Notes under the pieces: model-generated
What the model saw: only the letters and a program-made list of their open reading frames with translations
Told to the model about the DNA's origin: nothing
Database searches by the model: none
Assembly (NCBI GenBank): GCA_964519245.1
Contig: CAZFLK010000004.1
Span: forward strand, 12,111 to 76,110
DNA length: 64,000 nucleotides
Source: an uncultured Verrucomicrobiota bacterium
Lineage (GTDB): Bacteria; Verrucomicrobiota; Verrucomicrobiia; Limisphaerales; JAYPEY01
Reading direction: 5' to 3'
Shown: positions 45,735 through 54,700 of the stretch, in pieces
Position numbering within the stretch: position 1 is the first letter of the stretch
How the letters are laid out: each line of letters starts with the position of its first letter
Program-made: the position numbers and the translations under genes

Positions 45735-48700
45735 TCAGCGGCGAACGACGCGATAAAAGCGTTGCCAAGCCTGGCCCGCCCGATCGTCGTTGAAACTGAG
45801 TTCACCATTCACCGCCTGAACCGAACCGACCGGAGACCAATGAATCAAATCACTCGATGCCTCAATGAGGTAGACCCCGTCATCCGGCGTCTGCATGACA
45901 ATCTGAAAACCGTCACTCGGATTGGAATCAACCGCTTTTGTCACCGCTGTGCGCCGCGCCACAATGACCGCGGAGATCGTGTTGTCCGCCGGGTTCAGAT
46001 CCAACTCGTCCGCGCTGACGCTGAACGTGTTGGTCAAGGCTCCGATCGAGTTGACCTGAACGCGAACAGTCACCTCCGCGCTGCCCCCGCTGACCAGACT
46101 CCCCAATGAGACACTGAATGGATCGCCCGCCGAGTTGATGGCGGGTTGATGCATCACTGAGGGGATGAAGGTGACGTCCGTTGTCATGACCGGAGTCAGC
46201 TCAACCCCGGTCGCAATATCGCCGGTCAGGGTGACATTGCTGGCCGTCGAGGGGCCGTCATTGCGCACGGTGACCGTGTAGCTCTGCAGATTTCCGAGAA
46301 CCAACGCGCTCTCTGCCGGAGTCACGGAAACGGAAAGCCCTGCGCTGGACCCAACCGGACTGACGGTATCAATCGAAAGACTCCAACCACCGGTAATGGC
46401 TCCGGAATCACTGGTGGCGTCATCAACGACATGTAGACGCCAAAACCCGTTCGGGTTTGCTCCCTTGAAAGCGGAAAGCGCGGTGGCATACGGGCCGGCT
46501 GGCGCCCCCGGATAGGTGTCCGTCTCACTCTCAACGTGATCCGTCGGCTGATACGCACCCGAGGCGATGCCTTCCAACCGGGGCAATCCTTCAGCCGCCT
46601 GATCGGAAAAGGTGAGATCCACATCCACCAGATCGATGCCGCGCCCCGCATCGGACATCAGCACAACCCCGGTTCCATTGGGCCCGACCAAAAGGATATC
46701 CAGATCGGCGGGAAAGGTGTGGTTCACGTCATTCAACGTCACCTGGATCCGATTCACGACCAGATCCGTCAGTCCGGTGATCTCGACTTCCGAGACGCTT
46801 GCCGCGCCGGAATCGGGGATGACAACCGCCGCGCCGACCACGGGCGTCTGCGCCGCAGGCAGGGCGAAAGTTCCGGTTGCCATGCCAAGATCATGCGTGA
46901 CGGCTCCGGCATCATCGGCCAGCGAGACATTGATCTGCACCATGCCGGTCGCGGCGGCATCGACGGTGAACGTGAAGTCACGCGCCGCCTTGGCCCCGTC
47001 CGCCAGGGCTCCGTATGACTGGCTCTGGGCGCCGCCCGCCGGAAGCACGTCGCTGGAAGCAACCAAGGTCGCCACAATGTTGGTCCCTCGGACGGTGCCG
47101 GTGTTCTGAAGTTCCAGGGACAACGTGACGGTCTCTCCAGGATCCAGCGACCCGTTGGCCGGAGCGAAACTTTCCGAAACGAGTTGGAAGGAGTACTTGG
47201 CATTGTCAACCACAACCATCGGCTCATCGACCGTCGTGTTCACCATGGCGGTGTCATTGGCGACGTCGGACTCCGGCTGATCCGAGGAAACCATCACCGT
47301 GAAATCAACGGCATCCAACGTGGTGGGTCGAACCACAATCTGAAGGTCGCTGTTTTCGGCGCTGGCTGCGACATCGCCCATCTGAAAGGTCAACATGCCG
47401 GCCATGTCGTCGGACGCAACCGGAACGGTCGCCGAGACAAATTCGACCGTCGGAGCCAATTGCGTAGCCACAATCACATTCTCCGCGCCAAACATGGCCC
47501 CATGGTTCGTCACCGCGATGGAATAGGTCAGTTCATGTAATTGAAACGCGGGTTCCTTGTCGGCGACGACCTCGACCCCAAGATCCACCAGGGTGTCGTC
47601 ATCCGCGATGGTGACCAGGCCCCGGGAATCGGACATGGTCGCGTTAACCGGGCTGGCGAGGACAATCTCAAACGTTTCATCGCTCTCGGCGTCGCTGTCG
47701 CCGTTGACCTGAAAGGAGATTATCTTGCTGGTTTCGCCCGGATTGAAAACCAAGGTCGCCGGGCCAACCAGCGCCACGTAATCAGTGGGCGCCGTCGCTG
47801 AACCATCAGCCGTCGCGAAGTTCACCGAAACCTGACTCATGCCCGCTTCACTCAGATTCACAGTCACCTGCCCCATGACGCTGCCGGTGTTGCCTTCAGT
47901 CACGGTCGCATCGGTGATTGAGATGATCGGGCCGTCGTCGTTGACAATCGTCACATCCGCCGTCATGTCTCCCGCCACCGCAAACGTGGGATTGGAAAGG
48001 GTCACCGTGAAGACTTCATCCGCTTCGGGATCGGCGTCGCCATTGATGGGAATGGCAATGACCGCGCTCTGTGCGCCAGCCGGAATGGTCACGGTGGCGG
48101 GCACGGTCTCGTAGTCGCCGTCCGCAGTGGTTGCCGTTCCATCCGCAGCCGCGACGTCGGCGGAGATGGCGAGGCCGCTCACCTGGCTCAGGTTGACAGT
48201 CACCATGGCCGTGGCCTGCCCCGAATCGCCCTCGGTGACCTGCGCATCCGCGATGGATATCGTGGGAGCGCTGTCGTTATCCGTGATCGTCCCGACGCCG
48301 ACGCCTTGCAGAATGGTGGCCCCGATTTCATTGCGCAGCCGGAACTCAAAGGTTTCGTCCTGCTCGTGAGTCGTGTCGCCGATAACATCGATATTCACGG
48401 TCCGCATTGTGTCGCCGGCTTGAAAGATCAAGGTGCCTGAGTTGGCGCGGTAGTCGCGCCCCACGCTGGCGGTCGCAACGCCGGTAAGATAGTTGACCAC
48501 CACCGGCAGACCGCTGGGCGTATTCAGTTGGACCGTCATGGGCAACTGAGTTGTTCCCGTGTCCCCTTCGGTGACCCCGCCGCTGACAACGCTCAACTGG
48601 GGCTTGGGATCGTCGCCGACCGTGTTGCGGATGGTCACGGTGGTCAGGTCGGTCAGGATGATCGCGTTGGTGGCGTTGAACAGGCGAATGCCGAAGGTCT

Positions 48701-51653
48701 CGTCGTTCTCGTAGAGGGTGTCCCCATTGATCTGCAGGGTGATGATCTGGTTCGTCACTCCCGGCCGGAAGGTCAGCGTTCCGGATTTGGCGACATAATC
48801 GCCCGTTAGCCCGTCCGCTTTGGCCGTCAAATTCGTGGTCGCATACTCAACCGTAATGTCGCTCGCGCCGGCCTTGGTGAGTTTTACATCGACGACCACA
48901 TCCCGCAGCCCGGAGTTTCCTTCGAGCAACTGCAACGGTTCGATGGCGAGGCGTGGTTCATCGTCCAAAATCGTGCCGACACCATGACCATCCAACACCG
49001 AGCTGAATACGGCGTTGGTGAGGAAAAGGGCGAAGGTTTCGTCCGCCTCCAGCAAATTGTCTCCCAGGATGTCCACCTGAACGGTCAAGTTCGTCTGTCC
49101 CGGATTCAAGGTGGCAACGCCATTGGTCGGAAGATAGTCCAGCCCCGCGAGGGCGGTCTCGTCCGAAGTATAGAAGAAGACGGAAACCGTGTTGGTGCTG
49201 ACTTCAGAGATGGAAAGATCGAACACGACGCTGTTGGTCCCGCCCGCGTCGGCTTCCGTGACGCTGACGTCCGTTACGCTCCAGACCGGCCCGTCGTCGT
49301 TCAGAATCTCACCCACGCCCGTGTCATCGATGATCTGGGCGTCCGTGGCGTTGAAGATGCTCACCAAAAAGGTTTCATTCTGCTCTTCAAGCTCGTCGCC
49401 GTTTACCGGGACGAGGATGGACTTGCTGGTTTCACCCGGCACAAAAACCAGGGTTCCGGCCGCCGGACGGTAGTCCACCACGGGATTGGCGTTGCCGCCC
49501 GCAGTGGAATAACTGACGCTGATGAACTGGCTCACCGGCTGGGACAACGTCACCGTGAAAACGGCGTTGGTCGTTCCGCTGTCACCTTCCTGGACCGCTG
49601 CATCCGTAATCGCGATGTCGGGCACCACGTTGGTCGAGGTGCCCCACACATCCAATTTGGCGTAATCCAAGGTTCCCACTCCGCCGAAACCGCGGTCGGC
49701 AACCCGAAGCGACCACGTTCCAGCCGCCAATTCGCCCCAGTTCCGGACGGTCATGAGCTTCCAGCCGTTGTAATCGAAGAATGGCGTAAAGTCGGTCTCT
49801 GCCAGCCGGCTGACCATGCCGCTGGGAGAGATCAAGTCAATCTCCAGATCGCCGGCTGACGAGTGGGTGGTGTCGATCGTGAGCGTCACATGCTCAACTC
49901 GAAAGTCCTGAGCCTGGACGTCGAAATTGACCGAAACGCCCGTTGCCGCCAGATCGGGGATGGCGAGGTTGAGATTCGTCTGCACCGCGGAAACCACCAG
50001 ATGCTCGGGGAGGTTCGTCCAGGTTTGAGCCATCGCGACAGCCGCTCCCGCGTCGACCATGCCGGCGCCGTAGCTGTCGTGGAAATGGAATCCGGCGGCG
50101 TTGTTGGTCCAACCGCGGTCAAATCGGTCGTTCTGCGCCGCAGTGCTCATCAGGATCTCCTGAACATCGCGCCAACCGAGGTTCGGGTTGGCTTCAAGCA
50201 TCAACGCGACCACCCCGGAAACGACAGGAGCCGCCGAGGAAGTCCCATTGAAACCCTCCGTGTAATCAGCATCAAGAAGGTCGCCCCCGGCTCCGTCGTT
50301 GAAACCAGCGGTTCCGACCGTATCCGTGGTCGTCGTCGCATGGGTCAATCCACTCAGGGAGATCTCGCCGCCGGAAGGCGCGGAAACCACCAAGGCCGCT
50401 CCCCGGTTGCTGTAGTCAGCCTTGCCGCCGCGGTTGTCCAACGCCCCGACCGCGACCGTATAGATCGAATTGGCGTAACCGTTGTAATTGACGTTCTCCA
50501 TGTCGAGGTCGCCGTTCCCTGCCGCAAAGACGAAGATATTGCCCAATCCGTTGCGCCCATTGGTGACGCCTTCCAACAAGGCGGCATCGGTAAGCGGACC
50601 GGTCGTTCCGAGGAAAATGCCGAAAGAAACCGGTCCCCAACTATTGTTGCTGACTTCAACCACCTGATTGCTGTGCAGCAGGACCGACGCGGTCGTGCTG
50701 TCCGAGGTGAACCCGGAAAGAAACCGCAACCCGACCATCTCGGAATTGAAGGCGACACCCGTGATGCCGATTCCATTGTTGCCGACACCGGAGGCCACAC
50801 CCGCAACGGCAGTGCCGTGAGCGTCCGTCACCCCGTTGCCCGGCGAGGGATCGGAATCGAAGAAGTTGTAGTCGAAATCAATGATCGTGTTGGCGTTCAC
50901 CAAAAGGTCCGGATGCGCGGTTTGCACCCCGGTATCCACCACCGAGATGGTGACGCCCTGCCCGGTGTAGCTGTCCCACAAATCCGTCACATTGATGTCC
51001 ACGCCGAATGCGGCGTTGCTCTGCCCCGTGTTCAGGAGATGCCATTGATTGGTGAACAACGGATCGTTGGGAATCAACAAAGGTTGTTTCCAGGTCGCCA
51101 ACAGGGGCTCAACGGCCAATACGCCGGGTTGTGATGCGAGGGCGTCGGAGAGCTCAAGCGCGGCGCCAACCTGTGCGCCGGTGAACAAATGGAACCCCGG
51201 GGCATAGGCGACCGACTCCGTCGAACTGGCTCCAATCCGGGTCGCGACGGCGGCCGGATCTGTTCCCGGAGTCAAACGGGCCAACGCTGTCCGGGTGACA
51301 ACGTGGCGCGAGAACTGGGTCCTCGGCGCCCCCTCAGGATAGATGACCAGATCCGCCCGCCCACCCGTCAGCGCCGCGATCCGATCAGCCTCTGCGCGCA
51401 CCGCCTCGGCGTCCGCTTGGAGCGCGATGGTCCGCGAAGCGCCGACGCGGCGTTGATCGACCAGGTGAATTTCGTCCTTCGCGAGGCTGAAACGGACGGT
51501 TTGACCGGACCGGCGCAGGCTGAAGTTATCCTGCAGCGCGGCCCCGTGCGCCTCACCATGTATGCCCGCGACCAAGGTCGCGGCGCTCACACAGAGCATG
51601 CGAACGACGCGCCTCGCGAATCGGTTTTGAAAGAGGTTGCTCATCAATGCCAC
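45735..51653 (-). CDS. 1,972-aa secreted kexin/furin-like S8 serine protease with P-domain, Calx-beta array, DUF11 domains, a second (orphan) P-domain and a conserved C-terminal domain
   Basis: Catalytic triad motifs 'VVDTGV' (Asp), 'HGTAVAGV' (His) and 'GTSSAAPVVSG' (Ser), with 'NNSWGP' for the oxyanion Asn. P-domain 'HSSAGDLEIDLISPSG...GTWSLRVAD'. At least 8 Calx-beta-like repeats ('...EGDSG...DY....GTL.F.PGET.K...V.I.GD...E.DETF'). Second P-domain 'HTFPADLDILLVGPNG...GFWRLHVVDD...GGWSLSI'. Confidence 0.9.
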   Translation of the reverse strand: MALMSNLFQNRFARRVVRMLCVSAATLVAGIHGEAHGAALQDNFSLRRSGQTVRFSLAKDEIHLVDQRRVGASRTIALQADAEAVRAEADRIAALTGGRADLVIYPEGAPRTQFSRHVVTRTALARLTPGTDPAAVATRIGASSTESVAYAPGFHLFTGAQVGAALELSDALASQPGVLAVEPLLATWKQPLLIPNDPLFTNQWHLLNTGQSNAAFGVDINVTDLWDSYTGQGVTISVVDTGVQTAHPDLLVNANTIIDFDYNFFDSDPSPGNGVTDAHGTAVAGVASGVGNNGIGITGVAFNSEMVGLRFLSGFTSDSTTASVLLHSNQVVEVSNNSWGPVSFGIFLGTTGPLTDAALLEGVTNGRNGLGNIFVFAAGNGDLDMENVNYNGYANSIYTVAVGALDNRGGKADYSNRGAALVVSAPSGGEISLSGLTHATTTTDTVGTAGFNDGAGGDLLDADYTEGFNGTSSAAPVVSGVVALMLEANPNLGWRDVQEILMSTAAQNDRFDRGWTNNAAGFHFHDSYGAGMVDAGAAVAMAQTWTNLPEHLVVSAVQTNLNLAIPDLAATGVSVNFDVQAQDFRVEHVTLTIDTTHSSAGDLEIDLISPSGMVSRLAETDFTPFFDYNGWKLMTVRNWGELAAGTWSLRVADRGFGGVGTLDYAKLDVWGTSTNVVPDIAITDAAVQEGDSGTTNAVFTVTLSQPVSQFISVSYSTAGGNANPVVDYRPAAGTLVFVPGETSKSILVPVNGDELEEQNETFLVSIFNATDAQIIDDTGVGEILNDDGPVWSVTDVSVTEADAGGTNSVVFDLSISEVSTNTVSVFFYTSDETALAGLDYLPTNGVATLNPGQTNLTVQVDILGDNLLEADETFALFLTNAVFSSVLDGHGVGTILDDEPRLAIEPLQLLEGNSGLRDVVVDVKLTKAGASDITVEYATTNLTAKADGLTGDYVAKSGTLTFRPGVTNQIITLQINGDTLYENDETFGIRLFNATNAIILTDLTTVTIRNTVGDDPKPQLSVVSGGVTEGDTGTTQLPMTVQLNTPSGLPVVVNYLTGVATASVGRDYRANSGTLIFQAGDTMRTVNIDVIGDTTHEQDETFEFRLRNEIGATILQGVGVGTITDNDSAPTISIADAQVTEGDSGQATAMVTVNLSQVSGLAISADVAAADGTATTADGDYETVPATVTIPAGAQSAVIAIPINGDADPEADEVFTVTLSNPTFAVAGDMTADVTIVNDDGPIISITDATVTEGNTGSVMGQVTVNLSEAGMSQVSVNFATADGSATAPTDYVALVGPATLVFNPGETSKIISFQVNGDSDAESDETFEIVLASPVNATMSDSRGLVTIADDDTLVDLGVEVVADKEPAFQLHELTYSIAVTNHGAMFGAENVIVATQLAPTVEFVSATVPVASDDMAGMLTFQMGDVAASAENSDLQIVVRPTTLDAVDFTVMVSSDQPESDVANDTAMVNTTVDEPMVVVDNAKYSFQLVSESFAPANGSLDPGETVTLSLELQNTGTVRGTNIVATLVASSDVLPAGGAQSQSYGALADGAKAARDFTFTVDAAATGMVQINVSLADDAGAVTHDLGMATGTFALPAAQTPVVGAAVVIPDSGAASVSEVEITGLTDLVVNRIQVTLNDVNHTFPADLDILLVGPNGTGVVLMSDAGRGIDLVDVDLTFSDQAAEGLPRLEGIASGAYQPTDHVESETDTYPGAPAGPYATALSAFKGANPNGFWRLHVVDDATSDSGAITGGWSLSIDTVSPVGSSAGLSVSVTPAESALVLGNLQSYTVTVRNDGPSTASNVTLTGDIATGVELTPVMTTDVTFIPSVMHQPAINSAGDPFSVSLGSLVSGGSAEVTVRVQVNSIGALTNTFSVSADELDLNPADNTISAVIVARRTAVTKAVDSNPSDGFQIVMQTPDDGVYLIEASSDLIHWSPVGSVQAVNGELSFNDDRAGQAWQRFYRVVRR

Positions 51654-51700
51654 AATATCGTTGAACGTGTCGCGCTGCGCGCGGCGTTCGTGGGGTTACA

Positions 51701-54700
51701 TCATTTCTCGCTGGTGCGGTAGAAGCGTTTGTCCTGGCCGGCCGCCTGCGTATCCTGGAAGGTGACAACGCCGTTCATCGTCTTGTTGGTCGCGACCGGC
51801 GTCCATGACTGGAGATCGGCTGACGCTTCCAGCACGTAGGTCACGCCCACCCGGCCGGCAACGCTGATCTGAAGCGGTTGACCAGGATCGGCCATGTCCA
51901 TGGCCCCGGGCAGACTCAAGGTGACCTGGTTGTTGATGCCCACCAGCGTCGTCAGGTTCAGACTCCATCCGCCGGAGATGGCGCCGTGGTCGTGTCCCTG
52001 GTCGTCGTAAATATACAACTTCCACGTTCCGGCGGGATCCGTGCCCGTGAAAACGCCCAATGTCGTCCCATAGGGGCCGGCCGGCGCGTCGGCCGGGAAG
52101 ACATCAATGCCCGAAGCTTCGGTGCTGTCGGTGACATTGGTCGGCTTGTAGGCTCCCGTGCTGATGCTCGGGGAATGGCTGTCCGGCAAGGAAGCGGTGG
52201 CCTGATCATCAAAGGTCAGCGTCACGCCAGTCAAACCGACGCCGCCGCCCACATCCGACATCAACATGACATTGGCTCCGGTCGGCCCCACGAGGAGCAT
52301 GTTGATGTCATCGGGGAACGAGTGGCTGAGATCGCTGACGGTGACCGTCGCCTTGACTATCTCACCCGCCAACATGCCCATCGGCACCACGATCTCGGAC
52401 GGATACGGCCCGGCGGGACCAAAGTTGCCGGCAATCGACTGATCGCCCGGGATATTGATTTCCATGGCGGATGCAAACACCGAATCCTCGTTCAAGCGGA
52501 AGCGAACGACAATCACGCCCAACTCGACCACTCCATCCCGCAACTCAAAGGTGGCGGCAATGGTCTCCCCGCGCTCGCCGTCAGCCAAAAACTCGAAGTT
52601 CTTTGTCTTGGCTCCATCGCTCTTGTTCAGGACGCCATAACTGGCGGTCGCACCGGTTCCCGACGGATTGTAAGGAGAGGCGTCGTCGACCGCCACGGGA
52701 TTGGCAATGCCGCCGGAGGCCTGAAGCGTCACATTCAGGTCGGCGATCGGCGTGTTCAAAAGGTTGTCCAAGGCAATGCCGACGACCACGGTTTCCTGCG
52801 GGTCCACGGCATTGTTGGCCGGAACATTGCTCTCCGAAAGCAGGCTGACGTTGACGCCCACATTATTGGAACGCTCAAGAACGGCCGTGGTGACCATGGC
52901 GGCGTTGTTGGATGCGTCCGTGTCATTGGTGGTCGTTGCAACGGTGACCACGTTGTCGATGTCCGGCTGCGCCCCTGGCACGGGCGGGATATCAAGCGCA
53001 ATGGTCACGACTACGTTGGTTCCTACCGGAAGCGCTCCGAGCGAACAGGTGACGACACCGCCGGCGAAGACGCATTCCGGGGACGAATCGGCTGCGACAA
53101 ACGTCCCCGCTTCGAGGACGTCGGTAAGTATCACATTTGCGGCCGTGGAAGGGCCGTTGTTGGTGACGCCGATCGTGTAGACAAGCCGCTCGCCCTCGAT
53201 CACGCGAGAGGGCGTATTTGTGAGCGTCACCGCCACATCAGCCGCCTCGCTGACGGTGGTTGTCGCGGCGACCGCGGTATTGTTCGCGGCGTCGGGATCC
53301 ATCAGCCCAGAGGTCACACTGCCCTGCGCGGCAAAGACGCCGGTGGCGGAGGCGCGCGCGGTTATGGTAATCGTGGCCGTCCCGCCACTGGCCAGCGTGC
53401 CGAGCGTCGCCGTCACCCTGCCGGAGTTCACCACGGTGGCAAGCCCCCGAGACGATTGTGCGGCAACGCTGCTCAAACCGGCCGGGAGGCTGCCATCGAA
53501 GAGAACCGAGGGCGCCGCCAGCGGGCCGTTGTTGGTCACGGTGAAAACAAACCTCAGATCGGAATCCAGCGTGACAATGTTGCCGACGCCGGTGAGAGCC
53601 AGATCAGCCGCGCCGTTGACGGTGACGGTCGTGACGACAGAATTGTTCCGCGGGGCCGGGTCCGGCTGGTCCGCTGAAACTGTCGCGCCGTTGGTCAACG
53701 TGCCCGAGGCATTCGGCCGGATGGTGAGCGTGACGGACGCGGTCGCATCGCGAGCGATATCTCCCAGCGCCCATGTGACCTTGCCGCCGGCTGCGACCCC
53801 GCCGCCGGATGCGGAGACAAAGGTTGTGTTGGCCGGCAACGTGTCTTCCAGAATGACGTTGGTCGCGGTCTCCGGTCCCAGGTTGACGACGTCGAGCGTG
53901 TAAGTCAGATCCGCCCCCACTGTGACGGCGTTGGTGGACGGAACGACGCTCAGGCCAAGGTTGGCCGGGGGATCAACGGCGAACACCGTGCTGATATCGA
54001 GGCTCCAACCGCCAGCGATACTGCCGGTGTCGAGGCGGGAGTCATCCACCACAAACAGGGACCACGTGCCATTCGGATCACTGCCGTTGAAATCACTCAG
54101 CCGGTCGCCAAAAGTCCCGCTCGGGGCCGGGCTGGGGAACTCGTCCGGAGCCTCGTCCCGCGTCGTGTAGTTGGCGGGGCGATACGTTCCGGCCGTCAGC
54201 GGCCCGCCATCCGGCAGCGCCAGGGCGGCCTGATCGTCGATCGTGAGAGTCAGGTTGAGGATGTCGTCGCCGCCGCCCACATCCGACATGACGATAACGC
54301 CTTGTCCGGTGGGCCCGACCAGCAGGATATCCACATCATCCGGGAAACTGTGGGTGAAGTTGCTCAACGTCAGGGCGACGTTGTTCACGTAACCGACCGC
54401 GCCGCTGATGTCCACAGACGCGGGATAAGGCAACGCCTCCCCTTTCTCGATGATTGCGATCGTCGCGCTGTTGGTTCCCGCCGCGGCGCTGCCGAGCACG
54501 AACGGGAAGACCACGGTGTTGTCTGTCCGCACATTGCCGCCCTCGGAGATCTGCAGCATGACATTGATCACCTCGCCGGCCGCGCCATTGGCCGTGAACT
54601 GGAAATCGCGTCCCACCGGCGCATTGCCAACAGCCATGGCTCCGTAGTTCTGAGTTGTCGTGCCGCTCGGGGTGATGTTGGCGTTGGGCACCAAGGTCGC

